A stretch of 63,742 nucleotides of DNA, the filler included, from Rhabdomonas costata (lineage: Eukaryota), in NCBI GenBank assembly GCA_019059605.1. It is 46 parts of 46 records of this genome, joined end to end, with 100 filler letters (N's around TTAATTAATTAA, not from the genome) between each part and the next. Parts side by side here need not be neighbours in the genome. Positions count along the whole stretch, not along the records: positions 49,963 to 51,249 come from JAHMHO010020583.1; positions 51,350 to 52,636 come from JAHMHO010020584.1; positions 52,737 to 54,023 come from JAHMHO010020585.1; positions 54,124 to 55,410 come from JAHMHO010020586.1; positions 55,511 to 56,796 come from JAHMHO010020587.1; positions 56,897 to 58,183 come from JAHMHO010020588.1; positions 58,284 to 59,571 come from JAHMHO010020589.1; positions 59,672 to 60,958 come from JAHMHO010020590.1; 38 more parts are not named here. One strand, 5' to 3'. The notes beneath the pieces are model-generated. The model made no database searches. It was not told the origin of the DNA and was given only the letters and a program-made list of their open reading frames with translations. The stretch's first letter is position 1, and each line of letters begins with the position of its first letter. Of this stretch, positions 49,963-61,971 are shown one piece after another. The position numbers and the translations under genes were made by a program.

Positions 49963-50888
49963 CGCCGAGTCGTTGAGCACGGCGACGAAGTTCATGCAGA
50001 GCTCACGGAGGACGGGGTTGGGGGAACCTACTTTCTCAGAACCACCGACGGGGTAAATCTTGCGGTGTTCAAGCCAAAGGACGAAGAGCCGTATGCTTCA
50101 CTTGGGAGTGGCGGTGTGCATGTTGGTGAGTGGTGGTGTCATAATGAACTGTGGCTTGTCTTGTTGCAGATGCTCGAAGTACAACCCCAAAGGGTCTGAG
50201 GACGACATAATTAAAGGTGGGATTCAGCCCGGAACTTCCTTTTTGAGGGAGATCGCGGCCTACGAACTGGACCACGACCACTTCGCGGGAGTCCCGGAGA
50301 CCATCCGCGCCAAGATTGGCATGAGCAAGTTCCCTCCACAGACCAGGTCCGAAAGAGACTGGAAGAAAGCTTAAAGGACTGTTAAACTGTAGAAAAAGTT
50401 TTACATATAAAATTGGAGGTTGGTAGGGGAAACAGTTCACTTAACACCTTTCCGAAAATACGATCATCCAGTACTCATAAAATAACACCCGAAACACAAA
50501 AGAATGCAATTATAGGTCAATTTTGTCAAATCTCCTTGCTTTTGGTCCACTGTCGGTCGCTCACCCCTAGGACGGTTCGTCAGTTATTGGATAGGGCTGC
50601 AATGGTCGCAAAAGAACCAATGTATGCAACCACCTACCCTCTGTTATCATGTTCTGGCGGGAACATGTTCTAACTTTCCCTGGACAGGCGAGGTGACGCC
50701 CTGTACAAGGAAGGCTCCCTGCAGGAGTTTCTGGGGGGCCCTGGAGACCGCCTCACCCCGGCCTGGGACCTGGGCCCTGCGAGCTTCAACGTGAGCGATG
50801 TTCACCGAATTGGAATTTTGGACATTCGGCTGTGCAATTCGGACCGCCATGGCGGGAACATGCTCCTGCTTCAACGCCAGAGTGGCAG
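49963..50888 (+). CDS. Type II phosphatidylinositol 4-kinase (PI4K-gamma-like) (3 exons)
   Basis: Exons 49963-50090, 50170-50346 and 50688-50888 (phase-2 GT-AG introns) give GVGGTYF..AVFKPKDEEP..NPKG..REIAAYELDH..FAGVPET..KEGSLQEF..VHRIGILDIRLCNSDRHGGNML. Confidence 0.92.
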
Positions 50889-51470
50889 GTTTGAAACCCC
50901 CGTCCGCCCCTTGTGCCGGAAGAATCTGCTGAAGTCGCAGTTTGACCTGTGGTTTTGCATACCCAACTGTCGTCGATCACCTCCCCCTTTCCCTTTTTTA
51001 AAACAGGGTAGCATCGGAAGGTCAGGTGAGGTCAGGTCAGGCAGACGGGAAGGAATGGAGGTGAACAAAAAGATGTCGCCGTGGACACTTTATTTGGCGG
51101 ATTGGGAGAATGGGATGATAGCCTTGTGGTTGTGAACTGCTTCCTTAGGAAAATAGTTCCGGCGGTTGAGAACGCCATTAAGCCCGCTAGGGCTCCCTAA
51201 AGAAAGACTCGTCTCCAAAACAGCGACAAATTTGCTCCTCCAAAAACCCNNNNNNNNNNNNNNNNNNNNNNNNNNNNNNNNNNNNNNNNNNNNTTAATTA
51301 ATTAANNNNNNNNNNNNNNNNNNNNNNNNNNNNNNNNNNNNNNNNNNNNGTTTTTTTTGAAATCCCGAACTCACATCACACAGAAATTTTCAAAAAAAAT
51401 CAATTCAGCAGTTCCTTTTTATATTATAGTCGAAGCTTTCAACTAAATTTCGTCTGTATGGGTTGTTTAG

Positions 51471-51813
51471 TGGGAACTTTTGGTGGGCCACGGCCAACTA
51501 CATCCAAGCCCTCAAACCCCCGGGCTGGAACAATGCCGATCGGTTTGAGGCCGAGAAGTTCATTGGCACCGTCTCCTGGAAAGATCCCGGGCCGTGGAGG
51601 CTCCCGCCGAAAATTCTGTGCCTCTTTGACAGCGGGACGCCACACTACCACATGCGGTTCCTGCCAGACCGATACCTCCAAGATGGGGTTTTTAAGGCTG
51701 TCGCGGACGCTACCTTGGGATTGAACCCCGACCCCCCGGTCAGCATTTCCTCAGACGATGCAGTGTTGTGTGTGTCAGGCTGCACGACACGTGAGTGCAA
51801 GAGACAGCCATGA
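51471..51813 (+). CDS. SGNFWW-motif protein (putative glycosyltransferase-like), terminal exon
   Basis: TTTAG acceptor, then (S)GNFWWATANYIQALKPP....DRFEAEKFIGT; frame open to TGA at 51813. Confidence 0.6.
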
Positions 51814-53009
51814 GTTTTGCTCATTGCTCTGTTTGAGTCTGAGAGGGTTCTCTCTTACAGAATTTAAGCCGGCCAACCGACAGTCGTGTGCGACAAGCAA
51901 CCTGTGGTCTGGAACATGATGAAGAAACGCCGCAGGGCCTTAAGCACACAGCGTTTAGATGCATCGATCAGGTGGAAATGTGTATTCTTAATTATAATAT
52001 ACATGTCAACCGCTGTTATTGAACGTGGTGAAGCGGCCCCAAAGGCGCGAAAGGTGCAGAACCTGTGAGTCCCAGAGTGTGGCCAAAGAGGAGTGCACAA
52101 GTGAAGTCCACTCATGTTGGGACACCCACAGGAGCAGAGGTGTTCGAGGTAGGAAGGGGCCCCAAGAGGTCCTTTAGGGCCCCTGGAAACGGCAAACTGT
52201 CGCAGTAGATGGCGGCGCATTTCCTCAGCAGGCACCCCACACACCTTCAAAACAACATCAGGTAGCCAAATCTTCGAGTGTCTGGCACACAAAATGACCC
52301 CAGCAAGGCAAGGTAAGGGGAGCAGCCAAAGGCCGTACGTACAGTCTAGCATAAGGAGGTGAAAAAATCATGTTCGCATTCTTTTGCTCCATTCTTATTG
52401 GTGGCTGCATAAGCTCAGAAGAATCCAGCTCAAGTTATTGTTGCTGTTTTGTTGTTAGTTTTATCGTGTTGGAACAACTATTGAAGTCCAAATCGGCATC
52501 ATATTGCAGTAAGCGAAGTTTTGAACGAAACTGTGAAAAGAGTCATTCCTTTCTCAGTTTCGTTCAAAACTTCGCTTACTGCAATATGATGCCGATTTGG
52601 ACTTCAATAGTTGTTCCAACACGATAAAACCCAACCNNNNNNNNNNNNNNNNNNNNNNNNNNNNNNNNNNNNNNNNNNNNTTAATTAATTAANNNNNNNN
52701 NNNNNNNNNNNNNNNNNNNNNNNNNNNNNNNNNNNNGGGGGGTAAGAGGAGTTCCGGTGACGGAGAAGCAAGAAGATCTTGAATTATTGACCCCCTTTTT
52801 TTTTTGCTGCCGATGGATTGAGTTTTCTGTTGCTCGCCATATGACAAAGCTCGATTTTAAAATGCCCTGTCACACAGTAAAAAAAAAGGGGGTCAATAAT
52901 TCAAGATCTTCTTGCTTCTCTGTCACCGGAACTCCTCTTACCCTCCCCAAGACGAGGCTTACCCCCAAGTAATTTTTTTGTGTCGTCGCCACCTGACTCA
53001 TCCGCGTGT

Positions 53010-53142
53010 ACTTGTAATTTGCTTCTTTTTTCTCCCAGAGAGCCCGCGGTGGCTGCTGCTGAGCAAACGCCTCGCCGAGGCAGACAAGGCACTTGCTCTC
53101 TTGCTTCCTGTGCCGCCTCTTTGCATCGCTCAGTCGCTCAAG
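53010..53142 (+). CDS. MFS sugar-porter exon
   Basis: FFLPESPRWLLLSKRLAEADKAL is the PESPRWL signature after TM6. Exon borders are ambiguous. Confidence 0.75.
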
Positions 53143-54441
53143 GGTTGGCTTTCCGGGCCAGCGATTCTCAGAAAAATTGACAAAATTCCTTACGTTAGAA
53201 CTGCCTTAGGTTAGAATCCTCACCACAGTAAAAAAAAAGGCAAATAATTCCCACACTTTCTGGCACTCTTTGGCCAAGGGCTCTGCTTTTTTTCCTAAGG
53301 CATAGTCCTGAAATTCCTTCCTGCACCATGGCCTTGCCTTGCTCGCTTGTGAAACATCCAAGAAGCCCCAAAAAACAGATAAATAAATCTGACCTAAAAC
53401 GACCATAAAATGCTCAAAAACAGACGTTTCTTCTTTCGAAATAGCCCAAAATTGGGGGAAAAATAAGGAGGAAAATGAGGAGACAACCTCCGAAAAAAAA
53501 ATAGCGCTTAATTAGCATATGCGTCTTTAAGTTAGCCCCCATATTCCCCCCAAATGTCAATAATCTACTGTGCGTGCGCAGTTTTTGCCCCAACATTGAC
53601 CCACGAGGGGAAGAGGGGACAACGATGTAGAATTATTTACCTTTTTAGGATCTGTTTACTTTTTTTATAAGTCTTGTCAATTGTAATAAATTTTCAGAGG
53701 TCTGGACGTTTCGGGGGTTCCCGAGAAAGGTTTTAGCTCCTGAATGTTGTGAGCTGGCTGTCTTTAAAAAAGGTCAGACAACGGTCAGATTTGTTTGGAA
53801 ACAAGTTGTTTCGGACACGCCTGTTTCCTTGCCCTCGAAGGTGCCCGTGAAAAAAGACAGATCCCATCCTCCTAAGGGACATCCGCAGGCGCTCAGAGTG
53901 CAGAAGGGGCGGCCGGAGGGTTGGCCGCACACATAGAAAGTGGAAAAGAAACATACAGCGAGATTCTGAGAACTCCCGAGGTCGACGAAACAGCTGTTCA
54001 GAAGAGCCGTGACACCCACCACCNNNNNNNNNNNNNNNNNNNNNNNNNNNNNNNNNNNNNNNNNNNNTTAATTAATTAANNNNNNNNNNNNNNNNNNNNN
54101 NNNNNNNNNNNNNNNNNNNNNNNCAAATTGTTACCTTTTTGGCTTCCAGGGGTTTTGGGGATAGCAAAAAGTCTCAGTTTGGAAACCATGTCAGCGCAGT
54201 TGTTTTGTATGGTGTTAAAGGTGTCTTTTTGTCTTCAGGTGACTTTTTTAGATCTGTGTTCCAGTTGTGCGGTGACATAAGCTGTGATTTCCCGCTTGTC
54301 GTTTTTGACATGGCCCGGGGCGTGTAATGTATCAGAGCGCAGTAATCAAGGTGCACTCATTTTCTGTCGGTCGTTGGTTTCGGGGGAGATGGGTGTTTCC
54401 TCACCCCCTGTGTGGCCCCCTGCGCGAGCGGCGGTGTTCAG

Positions 54442-55407
54442 ATGCCTGTGGCTGATTTGATTGTCCTGGTGCACACCGATGAGTATTTCTCCGACCTGGA
54501 TGGGCTGCGGTGGTACATCCAGGATGAGCTCAACTGCATCTCCGTGCAGATCTCCAAGGAGGAGGCCCGTACCCGCTGCTCTCTCCGCTCACCTCCTCGC
54601 CTCGCCCTACGCTCCTCAGTCCTCTTAATTTGTTAATCCGCATTGTTACATGATACATGCCAAGGGCCACTTTTGCATCAACTGCAAGGTGAAAAAGTCT
54701 CAAGCTTCCCAAGAATCCCGCTCTCCCCTTTCTTCATTTCCAAATTCTCGTCTTTGGGTCTTTGGCTGCCTCGCGTTGTATGCTTTGACCTGCGTTTGGA
54801 CAGGATTTGTGTTGGGTAAAAGAGCAGGTGGATGTTGCTCTGCATACTATGCCAAGGCCTGAATTCTGAGTTTTGGGTCTGCTGGAGCAACTTCCCAGCT
54901 TTTCCCCCATTCCCAGGAGAAGTACATCGTCCTCAAGGCGGAGCCCAACTTGGCCTCCATTGGAAAGCGGCTGAAGGGAAAGGCCAAGGCCGTCGCAGAC
55001 AAAGTGAAGCTACTGACCCACGAAGAAGTCAGTGGATTCGCCAGGTTTGCCACATGTGCGTGAATAGATTTGGGGTAAGAGCTCAAGAATGTCAAGAACG
55101 GCGGTGAGTGAAGCGCCCTGATCGTACATGCCCCCATATATAATCCCGTTCCCGTGCAGGCGAGCCATGGGTGCGAGGAACCCTCCACTAGCCACCCCCA
55201 TTCATAAGTGAAGCACGGGATCACGAATCGAAGAACCTCGTCTGCTTTTTCTTCACGTGCGCCTTTTGCTTTATTTCCTCCCCCCCAAACGACATGGCAC
55301 CTCCCAACAGCTCGGGCAAGGTCGTGGTGGATGGCCAGGAGCTGGGCCCCGATGACATTCGCGTCGTCCGCAGCTGCAAGCCAGGAATCGAGAACTATGA
55401 CACCAAC
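54442..55407 (+). CDS. IARS1: Cytosolic isoleucyl-tRNA synthetase, C-terminal region (3 exons)
   Basis: Exons 54442-54564, 54917-55044 and 55311-~55407 give YIQDELNCISVQISKEE-EKYIVLKAEPNLASIGKRLKG..LTHEEV..GKVVVDGQELGPDDIRVVR. The first intron is GC-AG. Confidence 0.9.
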
Positions 55408-55925
55408 AAANNNNNNNNNNNNNNNNNNNNNNNNNNNNNNNNNNNNNNNNNNNNTTAATTAATTAANNNNNNNNNNNNNNNNNNNNNNNNNNNNNNNNNN
55501 NNNNNNNNNNTTTTGGGCAAATGAAAAGGTTTAAGGACGTGGGATCGTGGGGAGGGGGCGATTAACAACATTTTAAAGGTTTTTAAAGGTGGCGATGCGG
55601 CGGAGCAGAGAATCACAGCATGGAGGACAAACCTAATACTAAACCTTGCACTCCGACGAAGCGTTCTTGAGAGAGTTTCTTGAGCTTTTTCTGTGGAGGT
55701 TGTATCTGGCCTGGCTGCAAAACAAAAAAATCGTGCCACCAGTGGGTCCACAACCAAAAAGGAACCAGCAGGGAACAGAACGAACGAGGGGGACACCCAC
55801 TCATGTCAACCGAAAGCCAACAGCGCAGAGAAGGCGTTTCAGGATGATTGGGCTGCTCCGCTGGAAGGAAGGAAGGAAGAAACAAACCCCCAAAAGAAAC
55901 ACTTTTCCACGGACACGGGGCACAC

Positions 55926-56262
55926 CTGTGGAACAGCGTCTGTAGCGACATGCCTGCAAGGGGGCGAGGTTCAGGTACGACAGTTGTGCGCTTTTCCTCC
56001 CACCAAGACACGCACGCATGCCATGCTCGCGAGTGCTGTAGCATAGCACCCAGTGGTCGCTATACCGGCACCGCGGGGGCAGACACCGACAGAGCGAGCG
56101 CAGCTGCTGCTCACTGAGCACGGAGGGCGTCTCACGACTGGAGCCCAGCAGGCAGGGCACAGTGCGGGGAGAGAGTCCGCTGCCCTCCCCAACCATGCTG
56201 GCCGTGGAAACCAGCGGCGGAGGAAGCTGACGTGTGGCTCCCAATAGGGCGGGCATCATCAT
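55926..56262 (-). CDS. TLDc-domain (OXR1/NCOA7-like) protein (2+ exons)
   Basis: SVLSEQQLRSLCRCLPPRCRYSDHWVLCYSTREH-G-MSLQTLFH. Exon ends at 56022, 68-nt GC-AG intron 56021-55954, then a 28-nt exon 55953-55926. The 5' border is approximate. Confidence 0.88.
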
Positions 56263-56931
56263 CCACGTGCGGGGGGGAACCCGAGTCTCACTCTTGCCTG
56301 CTTCCCCTCATTCAGCCATGCAAAAAATAATGGTGCGAAAACGCGTACGGTATGGTTGGTGTGTACAGGTGGTTGAAAATCCTGAATTCCAGAGGAAACA
56401 AAAAATGAGAGCACAAAAAAGAAGAGGAAAGAAAAAGATAAGAACCGCCTGAAAGGCTGGAACCCCCTTGCACACGCGCTCTCTCTCTCTCTCTCTAAAA
56501 CGCGCGTGGACACATACACACATACGTGAAACAGGCATCGCTTTGATGGTAGCCTTTTGAATCTTCTGGGCTGCCTGGCCACTTCTCGAAATCCGGACCA
56601 CCCCTTTGCTGCTGAGGTTCTTGGGAAATATCAATCGCGCGCGCGCGCACACACACACACACACATACACAATCAAAACTGAAGAAAGGGATTCTTTGCT
56701 GTTAGGTCGGCTAAGGTGACTCAAGTTGACGGAAACGGACTGCAGAAGGTCAGTGAGAGAGAGACCTGGGTGTGCAAGAACCTTTGAACCAAACCCNNNN
56801 NNNNNNNNNNNNNNNNNNNNNNNNNNNNNNNNNNNNNNNNTTAATTAATTAANNNNNNNNNNNNNNNNNNNNNNNNNNNNNNNNNNNNNNNNNNNNGTGG
56901 TTGGGGAGTTCACTGGGGTTTCCGCGCACAG

Positions 56932-58177
56932 GCTGCTGCGGGATACTCACGAGCGGCAGGCCATTCGAGGCGACGAGCAGGATCCCACCAAGAGAAGCGT
57001 GCTACACACCATGCTCCCAGGCACTGTCTCTGTCGCTTGGTGCTTGTTCTGTGTATATGTGGTCCAATAAGCCACATCTGCAACTGCAACTGGACCAATG
57101 TATGCCGCAGTGAATGAAGGTACTTACTGGGGGGGTGCTTCGGATCTTTGGGCACCTGCCCACTCAATGGGTTGCTTGTTTTTCAGAAGCGCTGGTGGCC
57201 TTCCTCAACAACCACGGGGCGGAGAAGTTCGCGGAGATCTTTTTAGGTGTGGTATGGGGCGTACCGCATGGTGCAGTGAGTTTTCCTGCCTTGGCGGGGA
57301 CGATTTCTTGTCAGTAGTGCGAGTCTGCAGCACTTGACATCTGCAAAAATTGGTCACTATTCAACGGGAACCTTTTCTGAGAAGGAGGTCTGTTTAACTG
57401 TTGGACAGGCGCACACAGACACGCACACACACAAGGGCAGTGTCATCTTCAGATATTCGATCACATGCGAGTCAAGGTTCTCGACAGAAGACACCAAGGA
57501 AGGCGAGTTTTCGTGGTTCGGTTCCGTACGGTTTTTACGCCGACAGTAGTGGTCCGCATACTTTACTCACACGCACATGCATGCACACGCATCCGCATGC
57601 ACGCACGTGTGCACGCCTCAGGAGAGTTTGACACCCCAGAGGCAATTTGGAACCACGAGATGCGCCGACACCTCATCGAAAAGGCGCGTTGGGGTGGGTG
57701 CTTTTTTCTTTGGAAAGCATGCTTTCATCCATTTTTTGTTCATTTTGGAACTTTTCTACTCCCTAAGCGTTTGTGCGTTTGTGTGAAATAATGAAGGCTG
57801 TCACCGCAGCCGCACATGCCCATGGCATGCTGAATATGTCGGGGAAGGATGTGTACTGTGCGGTATGTTTTTCCTTGATAGTCAATGACGCATGTGCATG
57901 AGTTCGCTGTCATTGTCGTGGGGATGCTTTTCGTTTCTAATGAGAGCTGGTCTGCTCCAAGCCCTACACGTTTCGGGTCGTTCCTCCTTGCTATTCTCTG
58001 AACAGGAAGGCACAAAAAAGGGAAGTACTGTTTTCGGTTATTATTTTCCGTCGCTATGCATTTTTGCCCCTCTAAAGAGTAGTGGACAGTGGGAGGGGGT
58101 GGGGTGCAGATCTCGGTCCACCTGGCGGAGTTCACCCCTCGACTGCGGAGCAACCCCAGGGCGCCCTACGAGTACAC
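56932..58177 (+). CDS. DNAJC13: RME-8/DNAJC13 (4 exons)
   Basis: Exons 56932-57020, 57187-57246, 57622-57683 and 58110-~58177 give RSVLHTMLP-EALVAFLNNHGAEKFAEIFL-GEFDTPEAIWNHEMRRHLIEK-ISVHLAEFTPRLRSNPRAPYEY. Confidence 0.95.
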
Positions 58178-58283
58178 AACCACNNNNNNNNNNNNNNNNN
58201 NNNNNNNNNNNNNNNNNNNNNNNNNNNTTAATTAATTAANNNNNNNNNNNNNNNNNNNNNNNNNNNNNNNNNNNNNNNNNNNN

Positions 58284-59571
58284 GGGACATCCAGGCCAAA
58301 GTGATGGCGAAGAATCCACGGACACTTACATAGGCAATGGATAAGGCCTGGGAGTAGTTCAGAAAGCCGAGACCCATCCACAGGTGATTGTGGCGGTTCC
58401 AGAGGGCAATGTTCAGATTGTATCGCGGCGGGGGTTCGGCAATGGATTTATATGCCATACGTTATGGGTACACTTCTTTCTCGGGGCCTTTCTAACCTCT
58501 ACAGATAGAAATGTCAGCGGTGCCCCTTCCACAGTATCCAGAGGTATGGTTAACGTAAGTAAGTGCGGTGCAGAAAAGTGCAAATTTGTTCGAAATGGCG
58601 ACACCGCCAACGTTAGCAGCCACAGTTACGGCTAGTTCTGTAATGTTTTCCGCCACTCCACAGCCACAATTTAGTGCGACGCGTACGCCTTCTCCAGAGA
58701 GGAGGGTGACTCAATCAAGAGGAATGTTGGCGTTCAGATGTCGAGGATACACGGGAAGATAAGGACGAGGTTACAGATCACCTTCACCGTCTAGAAGCGG
58801 TAGACCCAGGATTCCCTCGTTTCCCAGGATGGGAGATGTCTCCACGCCTCGACCCCCAATACCGACTTCCACAGGGAGCAGGCAGCAGTCACCTTTTCCG
58901 AGTTCAAGTTTGGAGAAAGCGAACCCGCAGGTCCCTTCAAGAGTGTGTATTTATTGTGGAATTAAGAGCCACTTTTATAGTGATTGTGAATTGGCTAAGA
59001 CGGAGTTGGTTCAGAGAATTGTGCCAAAGGGGTCAGTTGGAGAATTTCAGAAGAGTGTAGATCAGTCAAAATAGAGGGGGAAGGAGACAGGGCCGCTCTC
59101 GCCCCACCAAAGAGGCCCACTTCGTCCACAGTCAGGACGCCAGCCAGCGCAAGTGTTGTGCAGAGAGCTCCATGCACATCCCCGCTAAAAATTTTGCAGA
59201 TAACACCAGAGCCTGTGCTCAGATCAACCAGAGTTTATCAGGTTGAGCAGCCCCACAACCCCGAAACTCCTGAGGCAAGCGTGGAACAAGTTGAGAAGAA
59301 TGGGGTTACCAAGGTGGCAGAGCCTCAGACCAGTTTCCATAAGCCAGAAAGTGCACGAGAATGGTGTTGAAGTCTGATGCAGAGCGGAGCGGTTCAGGAC
59401 GTGTTCAGAAATCTCATAGGAGTAATAATGAAGAGCCGGAATTGGTCCAGAGCAGACGATGGCTACATGGGTAAGGATGCCGAACCAGAGAGCATGGTTG
59501 AAGAGAGCAAGGTTGAGACACAGACAGAAGCGCAAGAGCAACAAAGAGATGGAGACACGTACCCACACCCC
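58284..59571 (+). mobile_element. Decayed gag-like region with CCHC zinc knuckle
   Basis: CIYCGIKSHFYSDC (58946-58987) is an exact CX2CX4HX4C, embedded in broken R/S/P-rich frames without exon-like codon bias. Confidence 0.6.
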
Positions 59572-59755
59572 NNNNNNNNNNNNNNNNNNNNNNNNNNNNN
59601 NNNNNNNNNNNNNNNTTAATTAATTAANNNNNNNNNNNNNNNNNNNNNNNNNNNNNNNNNNNNNNNNNNNNCCCGGAATGTGGGTATGTGGTCGGAGTCG
59701 AGGGGGCGTTCGGGGCGTGCCTGTTTGTATAGCGTGCTATGTGGTTCTCTCTCAG

Positions 59756-60772
59756 GTGGGGCGGGAGATCGAGGATCACCCCGGCAACCCCGCCGCCCTG
59801 CTGGACCACCACACCGCGTTGGCCGCGCAGACCCGAGTGGCCTACCACAAGATCCTCCGCGATTGGGCGGACAAGGAGCAGCAGCTCGAGCTGGCCCGCT
59901 CCAAGCTGAAGCAGGCATGTGCACGTCCTCCTGTGTGTCGTTTGTGGGGCGGCTTCAGTTGGATATGTCTGCCCTGAATAAGAACTTGGGGTGGGGATCG
60001 CTGATGACTACTTTGTTATGGATGCGTGGGTATTCTGTGTGGTTTGCGTTCAGCGCAAAAGGGATGCAAAAGAGCGGCCAATGGGGTACCACTGCCCGTC
60101 GAAGGTGCAAGGTCAGAAATTTCTGACCCCAAGGTCCGGTCACGCAGCGTTTCAGGAGCCGAGGTGCATATACAAAAGACCCCAGGCCTGCTTTGGCTTT
60201 GCCCTCGTCGACTTGATCCATGGTCCGATACGCGGGGGGGGGGGCTTTAGGCCCGCAACGAGCTCAGGGTGCTTCGAAAGGCCTACAACTTGCCCGAGGT
60301 GACCGAGGAAAACGAGGACACCTTCCTCGTGGTGCTCCCCTTATTCCGCTTCGTCTTCCTGAATTTATACTTCATACCCACTCGCTTCTCTGCAGAACTG
60401 CCATCGCGCTCGCGACCACTCCACCATCATTAACGAGTGCTTACCATTTGCAGCCTTCCCCGAAATCAAGATTTTATCATGTTGTATATTCAAGGATCCG
60501 CTTTTGTGGGGACTTCACACTGCCCGCGCATCACTTTTCAGCGGTTCCATACCCCTCCGGAGAAAGTATTCTTGCGTGGGGTACTTATATTCGGAAATCG
60601 CAATGAGGTGTTTTCTGGTATCCAGCAGTCATCGTGCTTTCAGTTGCTCCCCCCCCTCCACAAACCCCCACGAAGGCTGACGTTTTGAATCGTGAATGTG
60701 TGCAACCTGAGAACCGCTTTCCTGTTTTCAGGGCGCCCGTCCGACGAAGGATGCGGACTCCGTGCTCCTGCG
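59756..60772 (+). CDS. Coiled-coil protein, unknown (3 exons)
   Basis: Exons 59756-59914, 60251-60328 and 60732-~60772 give ..DWADKEQQLELARSKLKQ-ARNELRVLRKAYNLPEV... The first donor is CAG|GCATGT. Confidence 0.65.
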
Positions 60773-61176
60773 GTTCCACGCCTCCTCGGTGTGCTCTTAC
60801 TCCCCGCCCCCTCCCGCTCTTCTTCGCATCTTTCACTGCAACCGCCCTCTTCACGAACTCACGTTCATCCCCACCTCTCAACGCCAGCAATTACTGCCGT
60901 CAATGGCTCATCCTCTGGATTGATGCAACCTTTGCTCCTTGATGCAACCCCACACACCNNNNNNNNNNNNNNNNNNNNNNNNNNNNNNNNNNNNNNNNNN
61001 NNTTAATTAATTAANNNNNNNNNNNNNNNNNNNNNNNNNNNNNNNNNNNNNNNNNNNNGTGGGGTTGGCAGGCCGGGTTTTGTGATTGTGCAGTCAACTC
61101 GGTTTTTAAGATAGTATTATTTAGCATCTTTGTCAGTGTGCGTTTTGGTCAACCCCTGTTGCGTTTACCTCTTCAG

Positions 61177-61971
61177 ATGAGGGGTGCCATGGAGGACAAG
61201 GAGAACCGCGGCGGAATCCTGCTGGGGCTGGGACTGGTCAAGGAGCGCCGCGGGGACATCGCCGGTGCCCTGGTGCAACTAGAGCGGGCCCTGAAGTGCT
61301 ACCAAGAGAAGTTCAAGGATACTGATGCCTCCCTCACGGCCAAGGTGCGTGACCTAAACCGGGGCTGTGGTGCGAGTCTTGAGCAGGGGCAAGGAACGGG
61401 ACCGGAACAACATTCAGGGTTTTTTTTTTGCGTTAAGCGGCTTTTCCCGAAATTGTCTCTTGGGACGGCATGCGGCTGGTATCGCATTGCACTGGTTTCG
61501 CGTCTGCTCTGGGGTGATTGTGTGCGGCTTCTTCATACAGGCTTCCAGCTCTCCGTGCACATTGAAATTTTACGTGTGTGTTGTTTTGGGGGGTCATATC
61601 GTAGGGCGCCAGGGACGGCGCGGCTGGGGTTCTCTGTGATCAGAAGAAGCTGTCCTCAGGCAGTTGACATCAGGCAGCGATATAAAGCGCAGAGGGTTAC
61701 AGGACCTCACAACCGCGGTTGCGCCGTCCATTTTTCCTATTGGTCTGGCCCCCAGCAGCAGAGGGACGACCTGAACCCCGAGAACTAGGTAGGCAGCGGG
61801 AGAATATTCACATGCCTGCGTGAGGCAGAAAGACAGCCACCAAAGGAGAGCCTTGTGCACGCAGCGTGGGAGGGTTATATGTTCACCCAACCACCAAAGG
61901 CGCACATGTCCGTGGGCAAGGCGCATGAGAAGCTGAACCACCTCCCAGAGGCCGAGCAGAACTTCCGAGAG
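61177..61971 (+). CDS. TPR-repeat protein (2 exons)
   Basis: Phase-0 exons 61177-61344 and 61900-61971 give ILLGLGLVKERRGDIAGALVQLERALKCY..TAK-AHMSVGKAHEKLNHLPEAEQNFRE. Confidence 0.8.

Noticed and set aside
47189..58183. Apparent cluster of membrane-trafficking/phosphoinositide genes (dynein-2, PI4K, RME-8)
   Set aside because: They lie on separate contigs; adjacency comes from the concatenation.
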